Assembly: GCA_048270185.1 (NCBI GenBank)
Contig: JBLWTJ010000003.1
Span: 288,001 to 352,000, forward strand
Source of the DNA: Bacteriovoracaceae bacterium
GTDB lineage: Bacteria > Bdellovibrionota > Bacteriovoracia > Bacteriovoracales > Bacteriovoracaceae
Length of the DNA: 64,000 nt
Direction: 5' to 3'
Each line of letters opens with the position of its first letter. Position 1 is the stretch's first letter. Under the pieces are notes generated by a model, which was given only the letters and a program-made list of their open reading frames with translations, was not told the DNA's origin and made no database searches. Below are positions 1-10,023 of this stretch, in pieces. Both the position numbers and the translations under genes were made by a program.

Positions 1-462
1 ACCTTCTTTCAAGCGAATAAGATTATCAACGTCTTCTACTGATTTTATGGGAATGGCATCTTCGCCGTAAACGTCAACAATTCTTTGCTCATATACTTTC
101 TTATTCTTTCCTGTAAGTAGTTTCTTAAGTCTTGGGAAAATGAACTCAGCATTAAGAGAGCCTGTTAGGTGGATATGCTCTTCATAATATGGTAGAGGGA
201 ATTTCTTAAAGAAATTAAAAACTGCATCTGAAACCGGGTGATTGAGAAGGGTTTCAATATCAACTTCATTTATTTGAAATGATGAAAGTAGTTTCATAAA
301 TTCGAGGACAGGTTTTTCTAAAAGAGGATTTTCTCGAATACTTTGTGAATGTGAGAGTAATTCAAGGGAGTCATTCAGAGAGATACCATTTGTCTCACTA
401 ATGATTTTGATAAACTCGGATTCAATCGTTTGAATAATTTGTTCTTTTTTCTTTTGCATCAT
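1..462 (-). CDS. Adenosine/AMP deaminase-family amidohydrolase, N-terminal part (runs off window)
   Basis: Not in ORF track. Manual translation MMQKKKEQIIQ...FFKKFPLPYYEEHIHLTGSL... is open to position 1. EHIHLTGSL matches the ELHxHLxGS metal-binding motif of adenosine deaminases. Confidence 0.65.
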   Translation of the reverse strand, partial: MMQKKKEQIIQTIESEFIKIISETNGISLNDSLELLSHSQSIRENPLLEKPVLEFMKLLSSFQINEVDIETLLNHPVSDAVFNFFKKFPLPYYEEHIHLTGSLNAEFIFPRLKKLLTGKNKKVYEQRIVDVYGEDAIPIKSVEDVDNLIRLKEG

Positions 463-481
463 CTGCTCTCTTTATCTTAAA

Positions 482-1423
482 TTATAGATTCTTATAAACA
501 TCTTGAACGATATTAAATTGCTCATTAAGCCGGCCATCGATAACACTCGATTTAAATTTATTATGCCATTTATCCGGGTGATATATTTGTACCATTTTTT
601 TGTACTTCTTTTTTTGTTCACTTTCTTCTTTGTGGTTTTTGAACTCTTGCCTAAGCTCATTCTTATCAATTGGAAAGAGAGGGTAGAGCTCATCATAGCA
701 TTGATTTAAATTTGAGATTAAACTCTTATACAAACATGCCTTTTTAGTATTAAAAACAACACGACCACTAGTTATATAGTCTTCAAGGAGCTTACTTTTC
801 TTGTCTCCATTTGAAGATAGACTGCTGTATTCCAAAAGGAGATCCAGCTGCTCACTACTATATAGCTTATGTTTTAAAAGGTCCTTGTGCTCATAGATAA
901 AACTAGTTGCTGCATATTCAATAAAGGCCTCTTTACTAAGCTTTCCTTTATTTATTTTACTAAGAGCAAGTAGAGATTCTTTATTAAAGAGATTCTTAAT
1001 TAATGGATTAATAAATTGTGCCGCCTCTTTTTCATTGTATGAAAAATTAGCTGATACCATTTTTAGTATCTTTTGAGCTTCAGGGAAGTCTCCCCATTGC
1101 ATTGATGAAATGAGGCCTTGATAGAATTTCTCATCTTCCTCAGATTCAAACATCTTCTTTTCAATAAAATATGAGAGGAATGTTCTTTGTTGTTTTTTTG
1201 ATTCTTTATTTCCAGTGGCGCCAATTACGCCACCGTTTTGTGAAAGTCTTTCAATTTTTCGCTGGACCATTTCGTCGAACTCTCTTTGGCCTATCGACTT
1301 CTTACTTGGACGATTTGGTTTAAAGATACTCTCTAGAATATCTTTAACAATCGGAGCAAACGTATAAATCACGACAATGGCAATAAATGCTAGTGTGATA
1401 TTTGAAATAATTTTTGGTAACAT
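482..1423 (-). CDS. Membrane-anchored protein with C-terminal J-domain-like region
   Basis: N-terminal TM helix; C-terminal KKYKKMVQIYHPDKW (HPD motif) followed by helix EQFNIVQDVY. Confidence 0.65.
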   Translation of the reverse strand: MLPKIISNITLAFIAIVVIYTFAPIVKDILESIFKPNRPSKKSIGQREFDEMVQRKIERLSQNGGVIGATGNKESKKQQRTFLSYFIEKKMFESEEDEKFYQGLISSMQWGDFPEAQKILKMVSANFSYNEKEAAQFINPLIKNLFNKESLLALSKINKGKLSKEAFIEYAATSFIYEHKDLLKHKLYSSEQLDLLLEYSSLSSNGDKKSKLLEDYITSGRVVFNTKKACLYKSLISNLNQCYDELYPLFPIDKNELRQEFKNHKEESEQKKKYKKMVQIYHPDKWHNKFKSSVIDGRLNEQFNIVQDVYKNL

Positions 1424-1479
1424 AACTCAATCTTTTTATGAAGTTAACTTACTAATATTTTAAAGCTTTAAGGCACAAT

Positions 1480-2478
1480 ATGGAATGGGCAATAGATACA
1501 CAACTAGTCAATCTAACAAAAACTTGGAAAATTTCTGGTGCGCAAGTTAATGCGAAACAGATTATTTATGTAGTTTTAAGAAATGGTGATTATAAAGGAA
1601 TTGGTGAAATTAGCTATGGCTCTAAAGAAGATATTGATGTGGATGGGCTTAGGCATGAGCTAGAAGTATTTGCCAATGATTATGAATCAAAGGGAATTGT
1701 TCAATATAATGAATTAACACAGTATCTTGATCAGTATTCCTTTGAATACCCGCGCCTAAGACTCGGAATAGAAACAGCATTCCTTGATTATCTTGTTAAT
1801 GCAACAGAGCTTTCCCCATGGAAAATTCTTGGAACAAATACTGTTAGTGGAGTGGATTCTCTTGAGTCTCTTCCTGTATTCGAAACCCTTGAAGAGGGAC
1901 AGAAGTTAGTTGAAGAAGCGCAAACGGAAGGGATTTTAAAGCTTAAAATTACGAAGGAAGCCTTTGAAAAGCAAGTCGAACTAATTACTTCATCTAACCG
2001 CGTCTTTGTTCTTGATGCTAATGAGTCCTATGAAGCTGATCTTGATTTATTACTTAAGCATTTAAGTTTGATAAATGACAAAAACGTTCTCTTTATTGAG
2101 CAACCATTATACAGAAATGAATTTGATCTTTATAAGAAATTAAAAGAAACCTCTCCAATTGATATTTTCCTCGATGAGGGGATTGAGGATCATCGTTTTC
2201 TTGATCCATTTAAAGACCTTTGTCACGGTGTCGTCCTTAAGACCTCAAAGGCCAATGGCCTAATGAAAACCTTTTCACAACTTCAGCAAGCAAAGAAGTT
2301 AGGCCTTAAAACAATGCTTGGATGTATGGTTGAATCTTCTGTTGGAATTGCATCTCTTTTTAATATTGCCTATGGTTTTGATTACTATGATTTTGATGGT
2401 TTTACTAAGCTTGAAGGTGAGGCTAAACCTCGGGTATTATGGGAGAAAGGCAAAGTAATTTTGTCTAATATGAATTAA
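1480..2478 (+). CDS. Enolase-superfamily dipeptide (L-Ala-D/L-Glu) epimerase-like protein
   Basis: KLK, DANE, EQP, DE metal ligands, GCMVES and DxD motifs typical of AE epimerases; next to a lytic transglycosylase. Confidence 0.75.
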   Translation: MEWAIDTQLVNLTKTWKISGAQVNAKQIIYVVLRNGDYKGIGEISYGSKEDIDVDGLRHELEVFANDYESKGIVQYNELTQYLDQYSFEYPRLRLGIETAFLDYLVNATELSPWKILGTNTVSGVDSLESLPVFETLEEGQKLVEEAQTEGILKLKITKEAFEKQVELITSSNRVFVLDANESYEADLDLLLKHLSLINDKNVLFIEQPLYRNEFDLYKKLKETSPIDIFLDEGIEDHRFLDPFKDLCHGVVLKTSKANGLMKTFSQLQQAKKLGLKTMLGCMVESSVGIASLFNIAYGFDYYDFDGFTKLEGEAKPRVLWEKGKVILSNMN

Positions 2479-2554
2479 ATTCCCCCTCGATATATTAGCG
2501 CGTTCATTTAAAATAGTAAGATATGTAAATTGATAAAAAACTCTTGGGAGTCCA

Positions 2555-4036
2555 ATGAAAAAAATTAATATCTTACTACCTCTAATCGTTCTTGTCTCAT
2601 GTGCAAATGTTCAGCCTACAAATAGTGGTTACACTACTGTTGTAGAACAACCTGGACAGCCAAAAGTTATTGTAAAAGAAGTTGTAAAATATAAAACTCA
2701 AAAAATTAAAAGTGTTAAGTCTTACACGATTAATAACATGGATAAATTAGAACTTCACTATCATCAAAAACATTTTGATTTTTGGGTGAAGTACTTCAGT
2801 GAAAAAGAAAGAGATTTATTTCTTCGTTATGTAAATAATGGTGCAAAATTTCGTAATGTGATTGAAGAAATTATGAGGTCACATGGAATCCCTGAGGATT
2901 TATTCTTCGTTGGTTTAATTGAGTCTGGTTATAATACATTTATTAAGTCCAAAGCTGCAGCTGTTGGACCTTGGCAATTTATTAAAGCAACAGGGAAGAG
3001 ATATAAACTAAGAGTTGATAGTTATGTTGATGAAAGAACTCATATCATTAAATCAACAGAAGCAGCTGCACAATATTTTAAAGATCTATATAATATCTTT
3101 GGTTCATGGGAATTAGCACTAGTTGCATACAATAAAGGTGAGTATGGAATTATTCGCGCTATTCGAAAAGGGAAAACTCGTGATTACATGGAACTTGTTA
3201 ATCGCAAACTTATTCCAACTGAAACTATTTACTATGTTCCAAAAGTTGCTGCTGTTAGAGAGATTTATAATAATCCAGACAAGTACGGTATGAAGATAAC
3301 TGAATCAAAGGATTCTCCATTTGAAAAAGTAAAGCAACTAAATGTTAAAGGATCATTTGATATTTACAAATTAGCTCGTAAGCATGGTGTTTCAGTTAAG
3401 ACTCTAAAAGTATTAAATCCAGATATCAAAAGAAGATGGGTTAAAGTAAAAAGACGCCAAACTCAAGACCTTTTCCTACCATCTTCTGGATTCACTGATT
3501 ATGGATCACTTGCTGAGTATGAGACAAGAAAGTATATCAATAAAAGTACAGCAAGTAGTGATAAGAAAGCTTCTGGTTACTATCGTGTAAGAAGAGGTGA
3601 TAATTTATCTGTTATCGCAGATAGACTTGGAGTTAATGTTTCAGATTTAAAACGTATTAATGGAATACGTGGTTCAAAAATTCTTGTTGGACAAAAACTT
3701 AAGTATCGCACAAGTGGAAGTGTTGTACACTACCGAGTTAAAAGAGGTGATAACCTAACTGAAATTGCTAGACGCTATAAAGTTTCTGTTTCCCAACTCA
3801 AGTCAATGAATAATTTAAGAAGTAATAGAATCTATATTGGTCAAAAGATTAAAGTTGTTACTGACCGTGCTCCTTCTAGCATTGCTTTTAAAAAGTACCG
3901 TGTTAGAAGAGGGGATAACCTAACTGCTATTGCTAGACGTTTTAATACATCGATTGGACAAATTAAAACTGTAAATAGTATCCGTGGAAGTGCTCTTTAT
4001 GCTGGTCAGGTTATTAAAATCCCTGGAGAGAGTTAG
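2555..4036 (+). CDS. MltD-like lytic murein transglycosylase lipoprotein with 3 LysM domains
   Basis: Lipobox LVSC; SLT motifs IESG, GPWQF, AYNKG; three YRV(R/K)RGDNL LysM repeats. Confidence 0.9.
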   Translation: MKKINILLPLIVLVSCANVQPTNSGYTTVVEQPGQPKVIVKEVVKYKTQKIKSVKSYTINNMDKLELHYHQKHFDFWVKYFSEKERDLFLRYVNNGAKFRNVIEEIMRSHGIPEDLFFVGLIESGYNTFIKSKAAAVGPWQFIKATGKRYKLRVDSYVDERTHIIKSTEAAAQYFKDLYNIFGSWELALVAYNKGEYGIIRAIRKGKTRDYMELVNRKLIPTETIYYVPKVAAVREIYNNPDKYGMKITESKDSPFEKVKQLNVKGSFDIYKLARKHGVSVKTLKVLNPDIKRRWVKVKRRQTQDLFLPSSGFTDYGSLAEYETRKYINKSTASSDKKASGYYRVRRGDNLSVIADRLGVNVSDLKRINGIRGSKILVGQKLKYRTSGSVVHYRVKRGDNLTEIARRYKVSVSQLKSMNNLRSNRIYIGQKIKVVTDRAPSSIAFKKYRVRRGDNLTAIARRFNTSIGQIKTVNSIRGSALYAGQVIKIPGES

Positions 4037-4045
4037 ACAATTTAA

Positions 4046-4074
4046 TTGTCAATACTCTCTAAGGCCTCTATACT
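4046..4074 (+). promoter_or_regulatory. sigma70-type promoter, probably giving a leaderless mRNA
   Basis: TTGTCA-N17-TATACT, then 6 nt, then ATG at 4081; no SD sequence. Confidence 0.65.
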
Positions 4075-4080
4075 ACAAAG

Positions 4081-5211
4081 ATGAAAATTGGTTTTGATGC
4101 TAAACGTGCATTTCATAATTTTAGAGGCCTTGGTAATTACTCAAGAGACTTAATCGCAAGCTTAAGTCGTTATCATACAGATAATTCATACTACCTTTTT
4201 ACACCTGATTATAATGACCCTAGGGCCCTTAATTGGCTAGATCAATACCAAAACCTAAATACAATAACTCCAAGTGATTTCTGGTCTAAGAAATTTCCTG
4301 CTGCATGGCGATCTTTTAAGGTTGCTGAAGAAGCAAAGGATTTAGGCATTGATATTTTTCATGGCCTTAGTCATGAGTTACCACATGGAATTGAAAAGAC
4401 TGGAATAAAAACAGTAGTTACAATTCATGATCTTCTCTTTTTAAGATTTCCCGAAAACTTTAAATGGTTAGATCGTAAGGTTTATTTACGTAAGATAAAA
4501 TACGCCGTAGAAGTTGCCGATGTTGTTGTCGCTATATGTGAACAGACAAAAAGGGATTTAATTGAATTTCTCGGTTGTGATCCAGCAAAAGTTCGAGTCG
4601 TTTATCAAACATGTAATCCTCGTTTTTACTCACCAATTCCAATTGAAAAACAAGTTTCAACTGTTGAAAGATATGGCATACATGGAAGCTTTATTCTAAG
4701 TGTAGGTGCCATTGAACCAAATAAGAACACTCTCACTCTAGTTAAGGCCTACGCTGATATTAAGAAGTCAATTAACCACAAGCTAGTTTTAATTGGTAAC
4801 GGTGGAAAGTACAAGAAAGAGGTTGAAAGCTATATTCATTCAAAAGGCCTTGAGGACCGAGTGATTATCCTTTCAAACGTAACAAATGACGACCTACCTG
4901 CATTCTATCAAAGAGCAGATTTATTTTGTTTCCCTTCTTTCTTTGAAGGATTTGGGATTCCTATAATTGAAGCACTATTTTCAAAGACACCAGTAATAAC
5001 TTCAAAGGGCTCAGTTTTCCCTGAATCGGGTGGACCAAATACAATTTATATTGATCCAAATAATAAGTCAGAACTTGCTGATCAAATCGTCAACGTTCTA
5101 ACAAATCATGATATTTCTTTTGAGATGATTGAAATGGGCCGTAACTTTGTTGAAAAATTTCATCGTCGTCAAACGGCCCAAGATTTAATGAATCTTTATA
5201 ATAGTCTTTAA
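4081..5211 (+). CDS. GT4 (glycosyltransferase group 1) family protein
   Basis: MKIGFDAKR...GLGNYS, VVTIHDL, PSFFEGFGIPIIEA motifs. Confidence 0.9.
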   Translation: MKIGFDAKRAFHNFRGLGNYSRDLIASLSRYHTDNSYYLFTPDYNDPRALNWLDQYQNLNTITPSDFWSKKFPAAWRSFKVAEEAKDLGIDIFHGLSHELPHGIEKTGIKTVVTIHDLLFLRFPENFKWLDRKVYLRKIKYAVEVADVVVAICEQTKRDLIEFLGCDPAKVRVVYQTCNPRFYSPIPIEKQVSTVERYGIHGSFILSVGAIEPNKNTLTLVKAYADIKKSINHKLVLIGNGGKYKKEVESYIHSKGLEDRVIILSNVTNDDLPAFYQRADLFCFPSFFEGFGIPIIEALFSKTPVITSKGSVFPESGGPNTIYIDPNNKSELADQIVNVLTNHDISFEMIEMGRNFVEKFHRRQTAQDLMNLYNSL

Positions 5212-5610
5212 TTACTTTTCAGTGATTAGAGATAAATTCGTTAAGCTATATTTCTTCAAAACATCAAGAATTCTAACTAAACGTGAATATTGTACTTCTT
5301 GATCAACTCTCAGATCAATTGGTTTATTCTTGTCTTTAATTGCTGCCAATTTTGCATCAAGCTGATCGAGAGTAAATTTCTCTCCAGCAATAGCAACTTC
5401 TTCTTTTGATAATTCAATAATGAGAACCTTCGAGTTCTCTGAAGCTTTCTCTCCTGATTCTGTTTTTGGTAGATTTAACAGGAGTGCAAGCTCAGACTTT
5501 TTAAAGACTGTTGAAGTCATAAAAAAGATCAATAAGAGAAAGACAACGTCAATTAAAGGAGTGATATCTGCGCTTAATTCTTGTCTTGTTCTTTTACCGC
5601 GTGAACTCAT
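5212..5610 (-). CDS. exbD: ExbD/TolR biopolymer transport protein
   Basis: DITPLIDVVFLLLIFFM TM motif. Confidence 0.9.
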   Translation of the reverse strand: MSSRGKRTRQELSADITPLIDVVFLLLIFFMTSTVFKKSELALLLNLPKTESGEKASENSKVLIIELSKEEVAIAGEKFTLDQLDAKLAAIKDKNKPIDLRVDQEVQYSRLVRILDVLKKYSLTNLSLITEK

Positions 5611-6125
5611 AGAAGTTTTTCCATAATTTCTTTTTCTAGTGTTGTCTCAAGTTTATCGACTGAACCGAGTAGGTAGTTGTGACCAACAAAGTGAGGAATG
5701 GCAACAATCATCCCACCAACAGTCGTTATTAGTGCCATTGAAATCCCTTGTGCAAATGAGGCCGGATTCGAAAGTCCTGTTTCTGACATAACATGAAATG
5801 CCGTTAGAACACCGACAACTGTTCCGAGTAGCCCTAAAAGAGGTGAGATTGTCGCAATGATCTTTACAGTATTAAGACCTCTTTCTACTGACATGATGTG
5901 TCCAGCTAGGTATTGCTTAGCAATTTCAATCTTAGAAGTTGTGTCCAATTTGTCCCCACTTCCAATAATTCTTTTTTCAATATCCGATGAAGTTTGTGTC
6001 GTCATTTTCATTTCTACAGAAAGAAAATAAGCTTTTGATAACATGATTGCCCATCCTACAATATTGATAAATAGTAGAATATACATAATTAACCCACCCT
6101 GCTGGATGTACTCATATAAGCGCAT
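5607..6125 (-). CDS. exbB: MotA/TolQ/ExbB proton channel protein
   Basis: SPLLGLLGTV and GISMALITTVGGMIVAIP motifs; 4-nt overlap with exbD. Confidence 0.88.
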   Translation of the reverse strand: MRLYEYIQQGGLIMYILLFINIVGWAIMLSKAYFLSVEMKMTTQTSSDIEKRIIGSGDKLDTTSKIEIAKQYLAGHIMSVERGLNTVKIIATISPLLGLLGTVVGVLTAFHVMSETGLSNPASFAQGISMALITTVGGMIVAIPHFVGHNYLLGSVDKLETTLEKEIMEKLL

Positions 6126-6334
6126 TGCTTCTCCTTTTAATTAATAAATCTCTACAATTTTATTACATTTTAGTGTCCATGAGAACCGTAATTTCTGACT
6201 GATTTTTTAGGGGATTCAAACAATTTATTACTTTTAATCGATTTTACAAAAACCTAACATAAATTAGATAAATATTTTTGCAGGCTTGGTATTATATAGA
6301 CATAGAAGAACACATAGTAACAATTGGAGGTCCT

Positions 6335-6613
6335 ATGTTATACAATCTAAGCTACCATAACGTTGATCACTCAGAAGCTTTTGAAGATTACGTAGCTAAG
6401 AAACTCAAGGGAATTTCAAATGACTTCAGAAATGTTGGTCATATTCAATTTGTGGCCGACAAGAAAGGTCCAGATTATGTCTTTTCTGCAAATGTGAATG
6501 GACATAAGCACAGTTTTCATAAAAAAGCGAAAGGGGACAATGTCTATAAGGCAGCAGCAAATGTGCTAAACTCTTTTAAGAACTGGTATCGCGACCAGAA
6601 AATGGCCAGCTAG
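6335..6613 (+). CDS. HPF/RaiA-like ribosome-associated protein (divergent)
   Basis: GGAGG SD before ATG 6335 (better start than TTG 6278). HNVDHSEAFEDYVAKKL and GDNVYKAA resemble the HPF fold. Confidence 0.6.
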   Translation: MLYNLSYHNVDHSEAFEDYVAKKLKGISNDFRNVGHIQFVADKKGPDYVFSANVNGHKHSFHKKAKGDNVYKAAANVLNSFKNWYRDQKMAS

Positions 6614-6660
6614 CTCTAGCTAACTAGCTAAGAATTCAACTAAACAACTTTCCTTCCTTC

Positions 6661-6707
6661 GCCCAAAGTTTATTCGTCAATTTCGTTTAAACTTTGGGCA
6701 TTTTTTT
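6661..6707 (+). terminator. Intrinsic terminator-like hairpin after the hpf-like gene
   Basis: GCCCAAAGTTTA / TAAACTTTGGGC 12-bp inverted repeat followed by ATTTTTTT. Confidence 0.55.
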
Positions 6708-6714
6708 CCGATAA
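6688..6714 (+). promoter_or_regulatory. sigma28 (FliA) promoter of flagellin
   Basis: TAAA-N15-TCCGATAA, near-consensus, about 60 nt upstream of the flagellin ATG. Confidence 0.8.
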
Positions 6715-6775
6715 ATTTATTGAGAAAGGTCATTCACGGTGGAATGACTGGAATTTTAATAGGTAGTCTTCAGGG

Positions 6776-7597
6776 ATGAGAGTAGGCACTAATGTCACAT
6801 CACAGCTTGCTCAGAGGATGTTAGGTAATGTGAATGATCATCATACTGGTGAGCTTCGCAAACTAGCTGAGTCTAAGCGTATATATGAAGCGGCGGTTGA
6901 TCCGGCCGGTGCTGCTATTGCGCTTAAAATGACATCTCAAAATCGTTCTAATCTACAGGCCCAGCGCAATTCAAATGATAGTTATTCAATGCTTGAAATT
7001 GCAGATGCAACAATGGGAAGCATGCAAGATATCGCAGTTCGTTTAAAAGAGCTTTCAGTGCAAATGGCAACTGATACATATAACGATCACGATCGTATGA
7101 ATACGAACCGCGAGTTCAAACAGTTAACAACTGAGATAATAAGAATACAAGAAAATGCACAATACAATGGAACAAAGCTCTTAGATAGCTCTGGTCGAAA
7201 CTTAGAGATGCAAGTCGGTATTCGTAACGATGCTAAGAATGATCGCATTACTTATAATATTAGTGATGTAATGAAATCCCACCGTAATCTTTTGGCCCAA
7301 AATGTTCTCACAAAAGAGGGTGCAAGAAATGCAATGGGTGCCGCTGATGCACTAATTGATAAGATTTCTAGTTCACGTGCAAAAGTTGGTTCAACGATGA
7401 AAAGAGTTGAAAGTACAACAGCAAACCTACAACATAACTATGAAAATTCAGAGTCAGCAAGATCAAAAATTGAAGATACGGATTATGCAAAATCAACGGC
7501 AGCAAAGGCCTTAGATTCAATTAAGATGGAATCGGCGACAGCATTCCTCGCGCAAGCTAATGTTGCACCAGGAGCTATCGCCAAGCTACTTGGTTAA
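6776..7597 (+). CDS. fliC: Flagellin (short, D0-D1 only)
   Basis: MRVGTNV..., DPAGAAIA, QAQRNSND, LEMQVG, SRAKVGS, RSKIEDTDYA, FLAQAN flagellin N- and C-terminal motifs. Confidence 0.92.
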   Translation: MRVGTNVTSQLAQRMLGNVNDHHTGELRKLAESKRIYEAAVDPAGAAIALKMTSQNRSNLQAQRNSNDSYSMLEIADATMGSMQDIAVRLKELSVQMATDTYNDHDRMNTNREFKQLTTEIIRIQENAQYNGTKLLDSSGRNLEMQVGIRNDAKNDRITYNISDVMKSHRNLLAQNVLTKEGARNAMGAADALIDKISSSRAKVGSTMKRVESTTANLQHNYENSESARSKIEDTDYAKSTAAKALDSIKMESATAFLAQANVAPGAIAKLLG

Positions 7598-9771
7598 TTG
7601 ACTCCCAAAGCCTTTTTTACTTTTCCAAGTGTAATCGTTTCACCAAGTTTTATTAATTCACCATTTTGATTGATAACAAAATAGGCCGGTACGCCAACCA
7701 TTCCTTGTGACTCTAACCAACGGCCAATATCTTCATCTTTCTTTGTCCAGTCACCAAGTAAGAGATCAACTTGATTCGTATCAACCATTTCTTTAAAACT
7801 ACTTGTATTAATCACAAGTTTTTCATTTACTTTACACGTAATACACCAGCGTGCAGTGAAATCGATAAAAGTTAATTTCTTATTAGTGATTCGCTTTTGC
7901 ATCTCATCTTCTGTCCACTTATCCCACTTTAGTCCTTCTCGATTCTTATCTTCTAAAAGTGAGTTACCATTGCCATTTGTATTTAGTGGCGTTCTAGCAG
8001 CTGTAAATCCTAAGTAAAGGACTGGTATAAGAACTAGAATCGTTGCGAATGTTTTCTTTGTCATATTCTTTCTCAAGTAGAAGAGGAAGAAGATAAACAC
8101 TAGCGTTGAATTTATATACATTACTGCTACAGGAGATCCAACTAGGGCCGAATAAACATCAAGTAGCCAAACGACAGTTAGAACAAGCGTTAGCCCTAAA
8201 ACTTTTTTTACATGATCCATCCACATACCTGGCTTTGGTAAGAAGCGAATAAGGGCAGGAAAGAATCCTGTTAAAAGGAAAGGAGCACTAAGACCTAGGC
8301 CTATAAAGATAAAAATTAAAAAGATATTGGCCGTTGATTCAGAGAAAGCAAATGTAAGTGCCGTTCCCAGAAATGGAGCAGAACATGGTGTTGAAAGAAC
8401 TGTTGCCAATACACCACTGATAAAGTCTCCATAGAATGTATTTCTTACCTCAACATTACCAAGCTTTGATCCCCCTGGAGTTCTAAACTCAAAGAGTCCA
8501 AAGAGATTTAGTGCCATAATAAATATGATGAAGACCATAATGGCAACAAAGAGGGGAGATTGAAGTTGGAAGCCCCAACCGATCTGTTCTCCTGTTGATT
8601 TGATGGCGATCACACTTGCAGCAAGTGCGGCAAAAGTGGCAATGACCCCTAAAGAGTAGAAGAGGTTGTGCTTAAGTACTTTTGAGCGACTTTCATTTGA
8701 GTGTTTAATGAGTCCAAATAACTTAAGGGAGATAACTGGAAGTACACATGGCATGATATTTAGGATTAAACCACCTAGAAAGGCCATCATTAAGAAATAA
8801 GGAAGAGATGATCCTGCTTCATTATCCACGATCTTACTATCTGTTGCTTTAGTATTGTCTACCGGAGTTAAGCTACTATAGAAAGTCTTGAATGATTCTT
8901 CAGAATTTAATCCGAAGTTTGTGACTTCAAAGTCCACTCGATATGATTCCCCATTGATAGGGTCATTAAAGATGAACTTGAAATTTAAAGGCTCTTTGAA
9001 CTGTCCATCAGCAGGAAGAGGATACTCAGGTTCAAGGTATTCTCCATCCCATTCCATTTGATAAAGAGCATAGTGATTACCTTTTCTATCTTTAAATATT
9101 TTCTCTCTCTTAAAAGTGAGTGGACTTGTTGTATATGGTGTTAAAATATTTTGACCTGGCAATAGTTTTTGATTCTCTCCAGTAATATTGTAAACAAGGG
9201 CCAATTGTCCTTCGTGCTTTATCACCGAGAGCTGAAGGTAGTCAGGAGCTTCTTTTTTCATCGGAAGATTATTAAATCTTTTAAGAAGTTCTGGGGCGGA
9301 AACTTTGATTTGATTATCTGACGAAGTAAAGACACCATCTGTAAATGCTCCGCTTATTTTCCTTTCTTGTGGAATACAAATGTCATGGCAAACAAGGTAC
9401 TTAATATCAACGACAAAATCTTTGGCATTAGCAAAGCTTGTACCTAGATGATAGAAGTACGTGTACTCATCTTTGTGACCAAATGTTTGAATATCTCCCT
9501 GTTCAATAAATTTATGTGGCCTTGGCCATTCAACTTTTTCAAGAACGATCTTATCTCCTGCTTGGAAGAACTCAACCTCAGTAGCAAGACCCGAATCTCC
9601 TGGGTTTTCCCAGTAAGTATGCCAGCCATCTTTATTCTTCATATTAATGGCAAGATATGTTGAGCTATCTTTTACAAAAGAAGTAACCTCAAGCTTTACA
9701 AGATTTGAGTAGTCCTTCTTTTCTGCAAAGGTTAGGAGAGTGATGGCCATCACTAGGAGTGTCTTTAACAT
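7594..9771 (-). CDS. dsbD: DsbD-family protein-disulfide reductase (N-terminal domain, TM domain, thioredoxin)
   Basis: GWHTYWENPGDSG, CHDIC, LNIMPCVLP, TPCSAPFLG, DFTARWCITC. Confidence 0.88.
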   Translation of the reverse strand: MLKTLLVMAITLLTFAEKKDYSNLVKLEVTSFVKDSSTYLAINMKNKDGWHTYWENPGDSGLATEVEFFQAGDKIVLEKVEWPRPHKFIEQGDIQTFGHKDEYTYFYHLGTSFANAKDFVVDIKYLVCHDICIPQERKISGAFTDGVFTSSDNQIKVSAPELLKRFNNLPMKKEAPDYLQLSVIKHEGQLALVYNITGENQKLLPGQNILTPYTTSPLTFKREKIFKDRKGNHYALYQMEWDGEYLEPEYPLPADGQFKEPLNFKFIFNDPINGESYRVDFEVTNFGLNSEESFKTFYSSLTPVDNTKATDSKIVDNEAGSSLPYFLMMAFLGGLILNIMPCVLPVISLKLFGLIKHSNESRSKVLKHNLFYSLGVIATFAALAASVIAIKSTGEQIGWGFQLQSPLFVAIMVFIIFIMALNLFGLFEFRTPGGSKLGNVEVRNTFYGDFISGVLATVLSTPCSAPFLGTALTFAFSESTANIFLIFIFIGLGLSAPFLLTGFFPALIRFLPKPGMWMDHVKKVLGLTLVLTVVWLLDVYSALVGSPVAVMYINSTLVFIFFLFYLRKNMTKKTFATILVLIPVLYLGFTAARTPLNTNGNGNSLLEDKNREGLKWDKWTEDEMQKRITNKKLTFIDFTARWCITCKVNEKLVINTSSFKEMVDTNQVDLLLGDWTKKDEDIGRWLESQGMVGVPAYFVINQNGELIKLGETITLGKVKKALGVN

Positions 9772-9960
9772 TTAGTATTCCTTAATTTTTATTAATTATT
9801 TTAATTCCTTAGCGGTATTATACGATAAATAATGATGCTAAATCCATCAATTGACAAAGATTTGACGAAACAGACCATAAGGACACACTTGAATCAAAAT
9901 TTGAATAAATTCACTTGAGCTGGATTTAACCTCTTGAAATTACATAGATTTATTTTTTGC

Positions 9961-9987
9961 TAAATATTTTAGTCTGTTATCCGAAAA
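9961..9987 (+). promoter_or_regulatory. sigma28-like promoter
   Basis: TAAA-N15-TCCGAAAA upstream of the TPR lipoprotein. Confidence 0.55.
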
Positions 9988-10023
9988 GAAAGGAGAAGAG
10001 GTACTAATAACGAGGAAAAAAAA

